Assembly (NCBI GenBank): GCA_963727625.1
Contig: CAVSHR010000008.1
Location: 64,001-128,000, forward strand
Direction of reading: 5' to 3'
Source: an uncultured delta proteobacterium
GTDB lineage: Bacteria > Desulfobacterota > Binatia > UBA9968
Length of the DNA stretch: 64,000 nucleotides
In this document: one piece after another, positions 10,904 to 21,439 of the stretch
Position numbering within the stretch: position 1 is the first letter of the stretch
Layout: each line of letters begins with the position of its first letter
Position numbers and translations under genes: made by a program
Notes under the pieces: generated by a model
What the model saw: the letters and a program-made list of their open reading frames with translations, nothing else
The model's database searches: none
What the model was told of the DNA's origin: nothing

Positions 10904-12598
10904 ATGCTACGCGAGCTCCGGATCAAGAATTTTGCCGTTATCGACGAGGTCGTGCTTGAGCTCAAATCCGGGCTGAATATTCTTACCGGTGAGACCGGCG
11001 CAGGCAAATCGATTATTCTCAACGCCCTCGGACTGATCGCCGGCGAACGCGGCGCTTCGGACATTATTCGAAACGGTGAAGACGAAGCGACGGTGGAGGC
11101 CCTTTTTGACTCCTCGCCCGCCGGAATCCAAGACATCCTCAGCGAAGCCGGGTTCCAAATCGACGACGAGCTGGTAGTCAAGCGAGTGCTCAGCCGCTCC
11201 GGGAAGAATCGCATCTATTTGAACGGCAGCCTCTGCCCGCTCGCCGTACTCGCCGCGGCCGGCGGCACTTTGGTACATATTTACGGCCAGCACGAGCAGA
11301 ACACCCTGCTGCAAGCGGAAACCCATTTGAATCTGCTCGATGCCTTTGCCGGCGTAGCAGCGGCGGCGAAGACAATGAAAGAGAGATACGGTGCTCTGGT
11401 CAAGGCTTGGGATGCGCTGCATGAAGCGCGCGAGTCGCTGGATGCGCGGCGCCGCGAGAAGGCGCTGTTCGAAACCCAGGCCGAAGAGATCGCCCAGGCG
11501 CGGCTACGAGTGGGCGAAGAGGAGGAAATCCGCGCCACCAAAGACATCTTGGCGCATAGCGAGAAGCTGCACCAGGGCTGCCGCGAGGGCGAGGAGCTGC
11601 TCTACGAAGGCGATGCCGCTCTGGTCAGCAGCCTGGGCAAGTATACCGTCCGGCTGCGTGAGCTGGCGACCATTGACAAGAACCTCAAGCCGACCGTCGA
11701 CCTGCTTGAGTCCTCGCTGGCGCAGTTGCAGGAGGCGGCCGCGCAGCTGCGCCGCTACGCCGAGCGCGTGCATTTCGATCCGCGTGCGCTGGAGCAAGTC
11801 GAAGACCGCCTAGACGAGATCCAGCGACTCAAGCGTAAATACAACGGAGGCATCGAAGATATTTTGCGCCAGCACGAAGCAATCACGGCGTCGCTGGATG
11901 GTCTGGAGCGGGGCGAGGAACAGATCGCCGGTTTGGAAAAGGCCTTCGCCGAAGCGCGCCAGGCGGCATGGGACAACGCGGAAAAAATTTCCCATGAGCG
12001 CCAGCGCGCAGCGATAAAGCTCAAGCGCGATATGGAGAGAGAAGTCAAAGCCCTCGGAATGCCGGAGACCCGATTTGAAGCACGCTTCCTCACACAAGAT
12101 GAAAGGGCCGATGAACCGCCGTTTTTTATCGCCGGCAAAAGACTCTCCGAGCGCGGTATGGATCAAGTCGAATTCTATTTCTCGCCGAACCCGGGCGAGC
12201 CGGTTAAGCCGCTGGCCAAAATCGCCTCGGGCGGCGAACTGTCGCGCCTGATGCTCGCGCTCAAAGCGCTGGTGCTGACGCCCGGAGTCGTTTCGACTCT
12301 ACTCTTCGACGAGGTCGATGCAGGCGTCGGTGGACGGGTGGCGGAGATCGTCGGGAAAAAATTAAAACAGGTGGCGGCGCACCACCAGGTCATCAGCGTG
12401 ACCCATTTGCCCCAGATCGCCGCTCTGGCCGAGAGCCACTATGTAGTCCAGAAAGCCGTGGAGAAGGGGCGCACGTTCACGCGCGTCAAACAGTTGTCCG
12501 AGCGCGAGCGCATCGCCGAGCTGGCTCGCATGCTGGGCGGCGTCAAAATCACCGAGCAAACCCGCAAACATGCCGAAGAGTTGGCGCGCGGGAAATAA
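10904..12598 (+). CDS. recN: DNA repair protein RecN
   Basis: TGETGAGKS, YGQHE, coiled coil, ASGGELSR, FDEVDAG and THLPQIA. Confidence 0.97.
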   Translation: MLRELRIKNFAVIDEVVLELKSGLNILTGETGAGKSIILNALGLIAGERGASDIIRNGEDEATVEALFDSSPAGIQDILSEAGFQIDDELVVKRVLSRSGKNRIYLNGSLCPLAVLAAAGGTLVHIYGQHEQNTLLQAETHLNLLDAFAGVAAAAKTMKERYGALVKAWDALHEARESLDARRREKALFETQAEEIAQARLRVGEEEEIRATKDILAHSEKLHQGCREGEELLYEGDAALVSSLGKYTVRLRELATIDKNLKPTVDLLESSLAQLQEAAAQLRRYAERVHFDPRALEQVEDRLDEIQRLKRKYNGGIEDILRQHEAITASLDGLERGEEQIAGLEKAFAEARQAAWDNAEKISHERQRAAIKLKRDMEREVKALGMPETRFEARFLTQDERADEPPFFIAGKRLSERGMDQVEFYFSPNPGEPVKPLAKIASGGELSRLMLALKALVLTPGVVSTLLFDEVDAGVGGRVAEIVGKKLKQVAAHHQVISVTHLPQIAALAESHYVVQKAVEKGRTFTRVKQLSERERIAELARMLGGVKITEQTRKHAEELARGK

Positions 12599-12707
12599 CC
12601 GGACTGAACAATGCGGACTGAGGGTTGAGTTTCCAGCGCGGAATTGACTTTTGCGGTGCTCTCTTTTACTTTTACCTCAGCAATCGTCACTCAGTCCTTC
12701 GGAGCGT

Positions 12708-12783
<76 letters not shown>

Positions 12784-12884
12784 ATTTACTTTCCAGCATA
12801 GTCCTAAGAAGTCCATTAACCCATTGTAGCTAAACAGTTTTTTCTGGTATAGTGTCCGGCATGGTCCGATGCCGTTCAGGTAAA

Positions 12885-12948
12885 GCTGCCCCCATATTGG
12901 GGGCAACTCTGGGGGCAACTGGGTGACCAGGAAAGTGAGTTGCCCCCA
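12885..12948. repeat. Putative integrase arm-type sites TGGGGGCA(A/G)C, left junction
   Basis: Inverted copies at 12885-12894 and 12939-12948, direct copies at 12898-12907 and 12910-12919; the same motif occurs twice next to attR. Confidence 0.75.
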
Positions 12949-12949
12949 T

Positions 12950-14183
12950 ATGCCGCTAACTGACACTGCTATTCGCTCTGCAAAGCCCCAAAGATAAAAC
13001 TTTTAAGCTTTTCGATAGCGGAGGGCTTTACCTTGAAGTAAACCCCGCCGGGGGCAAGTGGTGGCGCTGGAAGTACCGTTTTGCCGGCAAGGAGAAGCGG
13101 CTGTCGCTTGGGGTTTATCCGGATGTGAAATTGAAAGCGGCGCGGGAGAAGCGCGATGCTTCTCGCCAGCAGCTCGCCGCCGGCATCGATCCAGGCGAGG
13201 CGCGCAAGGCGGAAAAGCAGTCCCAGGCCGGTGCGGAGAGTTTCGAGGCGATCGCGCGCGAGTGGCATGGTAAGTTTTCGCCGAGCTGGGAAGCTAGTCA
13301 CAGCGAGCGCATCTTGCGGCGGCTCGAAAGGGATGTCTTTCCATGGATCGGCAAGCGGCCGATTGCCGAGATCAAAGCGGCCGAACTCTTGGCCATGCTG
13401 CGCCGGGTTGAGAGCCGGGGCGCGCTGGAGACCACCCACCGCGCCAAGCAGAACTGCGGGCAGGTGTTTCGCTACGCTGTGGCGACCGGCAGGGCCGAGC
13501 GCGATCCGACGGGCGATCTGCGCGGCGCCTTGCCCTTACCGCAGGAAAAGCACCATGCCTCGATCATCGAGCCGAAGCGCGTCGGCGCACTGCTGCGCGC
13601 GATCGACGGCTATGAAGGATTCTTTGCCACGAAGTGCGCGCTACGGCTCGCGCCGTTGGTGTTCGTGCGGCCTGGAGAATTGCGCAGGGGACAGTGGCAG
13701 GAGATCGATCTTGAGAAGGGCGAGTGGCGTATCCCTGCCGAGCGCATGAAGATGCGCGAGCAACATATCGTCCCGCTGTCGCGCCAAGCCGTCGAAATCT
13801 TGCGTGAGCTGGAGCCTCTGACGAACCGCTCGATTCCATCGAGGCCCGGCGCTCCATGTTATGTTTTCCCGAGCGCGCGAACGCGGGAGCGGCCTATGAG
13901 TGAAAATGCTGTCCTGGCAGCGTTGCGGCGTATGGGTTACACGAAGGAAGAAATGACCGGTCATGGATTCCGCAGCATGGCATCCACCTTGTTGCACGAA
14001 CAAGGCTGGAACCATCAAGCGATCGAGCGCCAGCTTGCCCATGCCGAGCGCAACGCCGTAAGCGCGGCCTACAATTTCGCCGAGCACCTGCCGGAACGGC
14101 GCAAGATGATGCAAGCTTGGGCGGATTATTTGGACAGTCTAAAAGCCGGTGCGGGGGTGATTTCGCTGTTCAAGAAGGCGTAG
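12950..14183 (+). CDS. P4-like tyrosine integrase with one extra base near codon 13 (frameshift or sequence error)
   Basis: MPLTDTAIRSAKP, then after a +1 shift KDKTFKLFDSGGLYLEV...GKEKRLSLGVYP; catalytic VRPGELR, HGFR, LAH and AAY. Span is 1234 nt, i.e. 3n+1. Confidence 0.9.
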
Positions 14184-14185
14184 GC

Positions 14186-14212
14186 ACCCTCGACCTCTTG
14201 AATGCCATTCAA
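14186..14212 (-). repeat. Inverted 27-bp copy of tRNA-Ala anticodon arm to T-stem
   Basis: ACCCTCGACCTCTTGAATGCCATTCAA is the exact reverse complement of 12735-12761. Confidence 0.9.
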
Positions 14213-14400
14213 AAATCAATCGTGACTAGATCCTAAAACAACCAGCAAAGCCCAACAATAACAAGCCCCAGGCGCTGCCTTACACGGCGGTTCTTGGGGC
14301 TTGTTGTTTCTGGTATGCGGACAAAAAGCGGACAGAGGTCGCAAACAAAAGGTCGGCGATTAACGGATCACAGTTTGCTGTATGACTTGCGCGATTGAAA

Positions 14401-14469
14401 GTAGACGCGCCGGACTCAAAATCCGGTAGGGGAAACCCTGTGCGGGTTCAAGTCCCGCCTCCGGCACCA
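14401..14469 (+). pseudogene. 5'-truncated tRNA-Leu(CAA), att-like fragment
   Basis: GTAGACGCG, anticodon arm CCGGA-CTCAAAA-TCCGG, long variable arm, GCGGG-TTCAAGT-CCCGC, CTCCGGCACCA; the 5' acceptor strand is absent. Confidence 0.9.
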
Positions 14470-14636
14470 CTTGATCCTTAGGGGTCACTGGTGACTAGAC
14501 CGAATCGAAAAAATTTTTCCTCACTTTTTGTTTGTTGCTCACCAATTGATTTGGCCGGATTAAGCTGCGGGGCGTGCGTTGCGCCTGCAACGCCGTTGCC
14601 GCTGGGAAATATGACCTGAAGTGACTTTTTCTACAC

Positions 14637-14706
14637 CCTCAACGTTCGACAAGAATGCTCTGACTCGGTGTGCCTGGGCAGGTCAGCTTGATGGAGAGGT
14701 TAGTCC
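14637..14706 (-). other. Degenerate integron attC-like site downstream of cupin gene
   Basis: Minus strand GGACTAAC-CTCTC-CATCAAGC...GTCGAAC-GTTGAGG; a GTTAGCC lies just upstream of the same gene (15241-15247, minus strand). Confidence 0.4.
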
Positions 14707-14733
14707 TTTTTGTTACATCACCTGCCCAAACGA

Positions 14734-15213
14734 TTAGTACGGGGAGCCATCCCTGTGCAAAAACTTCCACTTCCCATCAACCATCACCGCCTTGAGGTCA
14801 TCATCAGGGTAGCTGCCTTCATCGCCAGGCGTTCTGTCTCCCACTTCAAGGTAGGTAACCGCTTCCTCGGTTTCGTTGATCAATCGGTGGCCGTTGCCAG
14901 TGCCCGCCTTGAACCCAGCACACATGCCCGGCGAGAGTCTCGTTCGACCTTCGTCAGTTTGAAGAGTTGGGTGCCCCTGCAAGATGTAGACAAACTCGTC
15001 TTGCTTGGTGTGAGCGTGGCGCAGCGCCGACGCCGCCCTCGGAGCAAGCCAGGTCAGATTCACCCCGAAGTTGGTGAGACCAAACAAGTCACCCAACGGC
15101 TGCTTTTGCCTGCCTGCCATTCGGGATGCGAAGGGCTCGGGGTAGGTTGACACCTTCGTTTTTCGCGGCGCTTTATCTGCGATGACAGTAACAGGGAATG
15201 CTGGATTTGCCAT
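14734..15213 (-). CDS. Cupin domain protein
   Basis: LGDLFGLTNFGVN, SALRHAHTKQDEFVYIL and GHRLIN; AAGGAG RBS before ATG 15213. Confidence 0.88.
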   Translation of the reverse strand: MANPAFPVTVIADKAPRKTKVSTYPEPFASRMAGRQKQPLGDLFGLTNFGVNLTWLAPRAASALRHAHTKQDEFVYILQGHPTLQTDEGRTRLSPGMCAGFKAGTGNGHRLINETEEAVTYLEVGDRTPGDEGSYPDDDLKAVMVDGKWKFLHRDGSPY

Positions 15214-15522
15214 GCGTTGCTCCTTGTCGACGCCTATAAGGGCTAACTCGGGAGTACAGTGACGAGTATATTGCCGATTGCAAAACATCCCAGCGAGATA
15301 GGAGTTGTCAATCGATTTTCGTCGGCCTTTATTTCAACATAGCTGCAACGCACATCTCCCCCAAGAAATTGAATTGATCGACGCAATGAATCGAACTAGC
15401 AGAATTAATTCGTCGGAGAAAAAATTCAATTACACAATTACGCTCGCGGCGGTGAGCGGCCGCAGCAAGTTAGTCTGAGCCAGATGGTCCTATCAAAAGT
15501 TTTGTTGTGCCGCCTTTCCCGC

Positions 15523-15918
15523 CTACTTCGTCCATGCCACATTCTCAATCACGACGCGATATCCGTCGAGATCTTCAAATGTCTTGCCATGAGCATCCCA
15601 ATAGGGATTGTAGGACCGCACGCTTCAAAACCCAGCGGCAAGCATGCGATCACAGGCATGCTCCCATTCATTCTTGTCCGCGATGTAAAACACCAACAAA
15701 TGATCCATTGCTGGCGCCGTGCCGATGTGGTGCCCCCGTTGCGACATGAATTCCAGATGGTAGGGGTGCTGCGGATGTCCGAGAATCACCCCGTCGAAGC
15801 CTTCATGATTCACAAACTCGGCGAGACTGCTCACGCCGAGGCCCTGTTCGTACATGCCGGCAATTGCGGACACCTTGTCCGTTGTGCGAGCGACACGCAT
15901 AATATGTACAGGATTCAT
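15523..15918 (-). pseudogene. VOC/glyoxalase (YycE-like) gene with internal TGA
   Basis: The frame continues after the TGA at 15625 as SVRSYNPYWDAHGKTFEDLDGYRVVI, the typical family C-terminus. Confidence 0.8.
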
Positions 15919-15970
15919 AGTTCGCACCTCCTCGTAGCGGCATTACTTTTATTGCCGCGCACGTCCCACG

Positions 15971-17221
15971 CTATGCGTCACCTGCACGCACGACCACACG
16001 CCCGGTCATATACGGGTGCACCGAGCAGTGGTAATCATAGATGCCAGGCCGATCAAACTGACGGTGAAAACTTGCTCCCGGCAGCAACAAGTCTGTTCCC
16101 TTTGCACCGTCCTCGTACTCAAGCCCATGCGGTGCGCCGTCGTCATTGATCCAGGTGACGCGTTCCCCCGGAGCTATCGTGACCTGCGATGGCGTGAATG
16201 CAAAGTTAATGATCGATACCTTAGCGCCGCTGCTCGCCATTTTCGTCGCGGTGCCTTGGACAACAACCTTACGCGGCGCATTGCCCACTGCGATTGTTTT
16301 CGTCTGACCGGTAAGGAGATTGATGATGCTCAGATCGTTCGAGCCCTCATTGGTCACATACGCTTTCTTGCCATCACCGGAGGCGGTCGCCCAGTGCGGT
16401 TGTTTGCCTACCGCGACGCTGCGCACCGGCTTGTTGGTCGCCGGGTCGAACAATAGCAGCTCGCCCGACCCTTGCACGACGATTAGGCCGAACGCCGAGC
16501 CGCTCGGGTAACCAACGTAATGGGGCGATACGCCCGTTGGAATCTCTGCGATGATCTTTTGCGACGCTGGATCCAGAACCTGGACTGAGCTAACTCCGGC
16601 TTGCGTAAAGTAGAACCGCTTTCCATCGTAACTAAATTCCCCGTCGCGGGGCGTCTTCTCAACCGCCACGGTGCTAACAACCGTGCGCTTTGCCAGGTCG
16701 ATGCGGGCGAGCCCATAGTGCCCTGGTTCCTGCACCGTGACGTACGCGAACTTGCCGTCGGGACTGATCGCAACCGTATGAGGTTTAGGGAGGGACATTG
16801 TAGCAACCACTGTTAGTGTGGAAGTATCAATGAAGTCTATGCGGTTGTCGCCGTTAACCGTGACCACCAGCAGCCGGTTGTCAGGCGTGAGCGCCACTCC
16901 GTTCGGCGCCTTGCCAACATCGATCGTCTTAACCACTTTGTCGGTCGCCGTGTCGATCACGTCAAGCGACGAAGAGCCGTCGCCGCTGACATATACCTTG
17001 CGACCGTCCTGCGTTATCGCCATGCCATGCGGACCCGCGGAAACCGGGACGGTCGTAACCACGGCCCCCGCCTCTATATCGATTACGCTCACCGTGTTGT
17101 CTTTGAAATTGCTGACATAGGCCTTCGGCCCTGCAGCGAGAGCGGCAGTTGCCACCAAGGTAGTCAAAATAGCCGCAACATATGAGAGCCGGCCCAGCCG
17201 GTATTGAAATATTGGAAACAT
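15971..17221 (-). CDS. Secreted YVTN beta-propeller protein fused to a C-terminal cupredoxin domain
   Basis: Signal peptide; repeats AYVSN..DNTVSVID and AYVTNEGSNDLSII; type-1 copper ligands H...CSVHPYM. Confidence 0.9.
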   Translation of the reverse strand: MFPIFQYRLGRLSYVAAILTTLVATAALAAGPKAYVSNFKDNTVSVIDIEAGAVVTTVPVSAGPHGMAITQDGRKVYVSGDGSSSLDVIDTATDKVVKTIDVGKAPNGVALTPDNRLLVVTVNGDNRIDFIDTSTLTVVATMSLPKPHTVAISPDGKFAYVTVQEPGHYGLARIDLAKRTVVSTVAVEKTPRDGEFSYDGKRFYFTQAGVSSVQVLDPASQKIIAEIPTGVSPHYVGYPSGSAFGLIVVQGSGELLLFDPATNKPVRSVAVGKQPHWATASGDGKKAYVTNEGSNDLSIINLLTGQTKTIAVGNAPRKVVVQGTATKMASSGAKVSIINFAFTPSQVTIAPGERVTWINDDGAPHGLEYEDGAKGTDLLLPGASFHRQFDRPGIYDYHCSVHPYMTGRVVVRAGDA

Positions 17222-17278
17222 GGGAACCTCCTTATTGCGTTAAAGTAATAACTGCGCACCGCGATTGCTTTACCGCGT

Positions 17279-17305
17279 ATACCACGCACCGGCTGCTTTT
17301 ATTCC
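17279..17305 (-). promoter_or_regulatory. Putative ECF sigma promoter
   Basis: GGAATA-N17-GTAT upstream of the YVTN-cupredoxin gene; same spacing as two other copies. Confidence 0.55.
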
Positions 17306-17591
17306 CGGCCACGATGTTGTCAGCAACAAATGCGGAGCTAGCAACGAGTCGAGGCGGAACGTCGGTTCCGTTGCAATGAAGTTTTGAGTATTATCGGCGG
17401 GACATATTCATGACTGATCCAAAAACAAGCATGGTTCAAAAACTTACGCCATGAAATGACTTTGGGGACGTCTGCAAACTCACGCGCACTTCATTTTGCC
17501 TGATCTCAAGTTCGCAGGATTATGTTGATGGAGCATTCAACTCAATGTGAAATTGAGTCATTCCGAACAAAGAACAATTTGACGATGATCT

Positions 17592-18359
17592 TTATGATAG
17601 GGCTGACAACTGTGCTTTCAGTATTTGGGTGAATTTTTCAAGCTGGCTTTTTTCGAGATCAGACACAACCCAAAAAGTCATGCGCAATTGGTTCCAGTTA
17701 AAAATATTGTATCCCCGACGTGTGACCGCAGTATCGCCATCTACACTTTCGCCTGATGGCCAAATAAATACATTAATGAGGTGTTTATCGCGTTGGTAAA
17801 CCAGCGCAGCGACCGGTCTGTTGTTGAGATAATCAAGGCGTCCGCCCACTAATGGAAATCCCTGGGCAGCCAGATTCGCCACTGGCGGTGAAAAATCTAA
17901 CTTGCCATTGAACCACGGCTTAACCGTGTGTTGATCCGATGAAGGAACGTCGGTTAAATGGTTGGCCATTAGGGAACGAGCATGGCTGGAGATCACTTCC
18001 TGGGCCAGGGTTCCCTCGGGAGAAGGTCCGCGGAAAAACGGGACCAGAGTCAAAATTACAAGCGCAGCGGCGGCTATGGGACTTGCGACTCGGGCCCACG
18101 ACCAAAGCGATTTCCGAAGCGACGGATCGTCCTTGGCGGCCCGCTGTAAAGCGCGCTGAATGCGCTTCTGGAGATCCGGCGGCGCATTGAAATAGACCGA
18201 GTTCATCCTTAGCCCATCGCGAATGACTTGGCGGTTTTTATAGCGCTCCGAGCAAGGGGCACACGCATGAAGATGATCTTCGACCTCCAAGTTGCGCATC
18301 AAATCCATTTCTCCGTCGATGTATGCGTCGATTAGGGTTTGTGCGTTTGTACAGTCCAC
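17592..18359 (-). CDS. Zinc-binding membrane anti-sigma factor
   Basis: HLHACAPC (HxxxCxxC ZAS motif), one TM helix, and periplasmic SSDQHTVKPWFNGKLDFSPPV; GTG start at 18359. Confidence 0.9.
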   Translation of the reverse strand: MDCTNAQTLIDAYIDGEMDLMRNLEVEDHLHACAPCSERYKNRQVIRDGLRMNSVYFNAPPDLQKRIQRALQRAAKDDPSLRKSLWSWARVASPIAAAALVILTLVPFFRGPSPEGTLAQEVISSHARSLMANHLTDVPSSDQHTVKPWFNGKLDFSPPVANLAAQGFPLVGGRLDYLNNRPVAALVYQRDKHLINVFIWPSGESVDGDTAVTRRGYNIFNWNQLRMTFWVVSDLEKSQLEKFTQILKAQLSALS

Positions 18360-18360
18360 C

Positions 18361-18891
18361 TTAGGGCTTCTCCTTAAGCCGAGCGCACAAAATTCGCTTG
18401 AGCCGAGCTCGCGCACGCGCCAGTCGCGACATGACTGTACCCAAAGGAACTTTGGTCATTTCCGCTATTTGCTTATAAGAGAATTCTTCCAGATCACGCA
18501 AGACTATTATCTCCCGAAAGTCAGCCGGTAATTGCTCCAGCGATTCTTTGAGCATCTCCACGTCGCGGCTCTTAAGCACCAACGCCGCGGGATTCAATGT
18601 GTCATCCTCGGCCGTTTGTATTTCCTCATCCAACTCGGTCGTACTATTGTACCCACGATTTTGTTGCAGCCAAGTGTAACAAGTGTTGCGCACGATGGTG
18701 AGTAACCAGGCGCGAGCGTCCGTCCCGCGAAAACCGTCGAAGAATTTAAACGCGCGCAAGTATGCCTCTTGCACCATATCCTCTGCATCGTGCTCATTGC
18801 GCGTCAACCAGCGAGCTAAGTTGTATGCAGTATTCATATAAGGCAAGACGGTTTGCTCAAAACGCGCCAGTTTATCTTTATCTTTCCACAA
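18361..18891 (-). CDS. ECF RNA polymerase sigma factor
   Basis: DAEDMVQEAYLRA, WLLTIVRN and region 4 SYKQIAE...GTVMSRLARAR. Confidence 0.95.
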   Translation of the reverse strand: MWKDKDKLARFEQTVLPYMNTAYNLARWLTRNEHDAEDMVQEAYLRAFKFFDGFRGTDARAWLLTIVRNTCYTWLQQNRGYNSTTELDEEIQTAEDDTLNPAALVLKSRDVEMLKESLEQLPADFREIIVLRDLEEFSYKQIAEMTKVPLGTVMSRLARARARLKRILCARLKEKP

Positions 18892-18894
18892 TTA

Positions 18895-18921
18895 AGACTC
18901 GCCCTCCCTCCTTTTTATTCC
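18895..18921 (-). promoter_or_regulatory. Putative autoregulatory ECF promoter (near-leaderless)
   Basis: GGAATA-N17-GTCT ending a few nt before the sigma start codon. Confidence 0.6.
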
Positions 18922-19083
18922 TGGGGAACCCGAGAAAAACGGATACGGCTTATTGCTTGGGCATTGGTCGGCGCGGAGTGTATTAGGCACTGTGAGAAAA
19001 GTCAATGAAGGTGAAATCGGTTTCTAATGAATTGTTCCGCAAATGCCCCGCGAAGGGACGTTTTCAGAAAAGTTTTCATCGCG

Positions 19084-19110
19084 GGAATATTTTCGGGTGC
19101 TTCTTTGTCA
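19084..19110 (+). promoter_or_regulatory. Putative divergent ECF promoter
   Basis: GGAATA-N17-GTCA pointing toward a short stop-interrupted frame and the MFS gene. Confidence 0.5.
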
Positions 19111-19581
19111 ACGGAGCATATACAACGAATTGATCGCGATCGAGGTGGTTAGGATGAAGAACAGGAGATAGTCGTTGCAGATGCGTTTCTACGGAGAGTT
19201 ATTGGTTTGGTAGGCCCGTCTGCGCGTGGTCATGACGGAGCAGTGATCTCTAAAGAAGGCTTAAAAGATGGGAGTCTCTGCCAAATTCAATTCCTGGCAT
19301 TGCACGAAGTTACTCTGATCGAGCCTGTTGCAATGCTAAACCCAAACCATGACATCGACTCTTCGTTTCCTGCTCCGCCGAGCCGCGGGCAAGAACAAGA
19401 TACAGACCGAAAGAATCGAGGCAGAGCATAGGAGTGCCTCGGATTGCAAGGAATAAATTCATGTTGTGAGAGACCTGGGAGAAGGCGCGAGTTCTTTTCC
19501 AAATCGTCGCGCCGCGCCTATGACAAGATTGTTACCTCTCAAACGAAACCAATACGCCTCACTCGATAGAGGAACTCGACA

Positions 19582-20913
19582 ATGAAGAGTATTCATGATC
19601 ATGAACTGTTAAGAAGTTCATCGGCCTGGGCTCCACTGCGTAAACCACTTTTTCGAGCGCTCTGGATTTCCTCTCTTACGTCAAGCATCGGCACCTGGAT
19701 GCACGAAGTTGGCGCCGCGTGGCTCATGACCTCGCTGACGCTGTCACCTATGATGGTGGCGCTCTTACACACCGCGGCGAGCCTCCCCATGTTTCTGCTG
19801 GCCCTCCCTGCGGGAGCGATTGCCGACATGTTGGATCGGCGCAAAATCTTACTATTCACACAGGGCTGGATGCTCGCTTCAGCGGCAGTGCTTTGTGTGG
19901 TTACGGCTTTGGGTGTGATCACTCCGTGGTTGTTACTCATTCTGACATTCGCCCTTGGTGTCGGCGCGGCAATGAATGCCCCTGCGTGGCAGTCGACGAT
20001 CCCCGAGTTTGTCCCTGCTGCGAATATTCCGGCCGCAGTGGCTCTAACCGGTCTGGGCTTGAACTTAGCGCGCGCTGTGGGACCGGCAATTGGCGGAGCC
20101 ATAGTGAAAGGGGTCGGAGCTTGGGCGGTCTTTCTTTTGAATGCTGCTTCGTTTCTCGGAGTGATAGTGGTCCTCTTTTGCTGGCGCGGCACATCAGAGC
20201 AGAAGCCATCACCGGCCAGTCCCGTAATGAGTAACATCGGTGAAGGAATCCAATACGCTTTACACGAACCGGGTCTGCGCGCAGTGCTGGTTCGTGTCAG
20301 TCTTTTCGTACCATTTGCAAGCGCCTTGTGGGCTTTGGTGCCACTACTGGCCCGCCACGATCTAGCACTGAATTGCTCCGACTATGGAGCCCTTTTTGGC
20401 TGCTTGGGCATAGGCTCAGTGATGGGTGCCCTATTTCTCCCCAAGTTACGTTGCCACTTTGCCACTGACACCCTTGTGGGCAGCGCCACCATTCTGTTTG
20501 CGGCAGCGACAGCAGCGTTGGCCGAGGTCCGTCATTTTGGATTGTTATGTTTGGTGTTGATGGTCGGGGGCATGGCATGGATTACCTTGATGTCCGCTTT
20601 CAATGTAGCAACCCAGATGGCGGTACCGTCATGGATCAGGGCTCGGGCGCGAGCCTTATATCTCTTGGTCTTCCACGGTTGCATGACTGTTGGAGGCGTG
20701 TTTTGGGGCGTGCTAACCGAGCATGCGGGAGTCTCTGCCTCGCTCCTAGGCGCAGCGGCAGGAATGGTCGTGGGTGTCGCGGCTATTAGGCTGTGTCCGC
20801 TACCGGAATCAGGGATGAGTTCTACGACTCACCGGCCGGAGCCGACTCGCGAAAGTATGGGCCTATCATCCGTGGCAGCTGGTGCTTATGGGCATCGGTC
20901 AAATATGGGTTAG
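19582..20913 (+). CDS. MFS transporter (MFS_3-like)
   Basis: FRALWISSLTSSIGTWM, GAIADMLDRRK and NLARAVGPAIGG; about 12 hydrophobic segments. Confidence 0.9.
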   Translation: MKSIHDHELLRSSSAWAPLRKPLFRALWISSLTSSIGTWMHEVGAAWLMTSLTLSPMMVALLHTAASLPMFLLALPAGAIADMLDRRKILLFTQGWMLASAAVLCVVTALGVITPWLLLILTFALGVGAAMNAPAWQSTIPEFVPAANIPAAVALTGLGLNLARAVGPAIGGAIVKGVGAWAVFLLNAASFLGVIVVLFCWRGTSEQKPSPASPVMSNIGEGIQYALHEPGLRAVLVRVSLFVPFASALWALVPLLARHDLALNCSDYGALFGCLGIGSVMGALFLPKLRCHFATDTLVGSATILFAAATAALAEVRHFGLLCLVLMVGGMAWITLMSAFNVATQMAVPSWIRARARALYLLVFHGCMTVGGVFWGVLTEHAGVSASLLGAAAGMVVGVAAIRLCPLPESGMSSTTHRPEPTRESMGLSSVAAGAYGHRSNMG

Positions 20914-21269
20914 AGCACTCCATTGAGTAAACAAATTGCGAACAGAATGGTTGAACGCGAAAAGTACCATTCACTTTAGCTGGACGGTAAAAAAAGGAAA
21001 ATGATGCCGGTCGCGGCCTCAGCGAACAGAGTTTAGTTCGATCCTCCCGAGAAATGTCAAGAATCGTCGGCCGTGATTCGGCCAGCGTTACTAATCAATT
21101 GGTTGGATTCAGTTGATCGAGAAATAAAGGCACTTTCAAAAAACATCGAAACAGATTTTCCGCGTTTTCGCCGGGCGCGAAGCATCGACGGTTGGAGTGC
21201 GCGTGGAACGACGGTGAGAGGCGTTCTCACTTTGTTGAGGGGGTTAGATAAAATGCTGTCTGGTTTGAC

Positions 21270-21364
21270 TGTGTGACTTACACATTTTCTTACACAGTCA
21301 CATAATTTACAAAAATAAAACTAATACTATTAAATAGTTAACGTTAGACGCGCCGGACTCAAAA
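21270..21364 (+). repeat. 95-bp att-like repeat, copy 1 (arm repeats, AT-rich spacer, tRNA-Leu core)
   Basis: TGTGTGACTTACACATTTTCTTACACAGTCA-N33-ATAGTTAAC-GTTAGACGCGCCGGACTCAAAA; the last 20 nt are identical to 14402-14421. Confidence 0.85.
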
Positions 21365-21439
21365 GTTATCCTTTGTCGGGCAAATCTGTCCGGGCTAAAC
21401 ACAAACACGGGGAGCGAATCCTATAACTGAACCAGCAAT

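Noticed and set aside
12980-12997. Programmed ribosomal frameshift in the integrase at CCCAAAG
   Set aside because: The heptamer is out of phase for -1 slippage and a +1 shift is needed; an extra C in a homopolymer (error or mutation) is simpler.
14401-14469. Functional tRNA-Leu(CAA)
   Set aside because: The upstream sequence cannot supply the 5' acceptor strand (expected GCCGGAG) or the 5' D-stem.
15625-15627. Selenocysteine or read-through TGA in the VOC gene
   Set aside because: The position does not appear to be a conserved Cys site and no SECIS-like hairpin was evident; treated as a nonsense mutation.
19450-19476. Fourth ECF promoter before the MFS gene
   Set aside because: It has GGAATAAA but no GT at the spacing shared by the other three copies.
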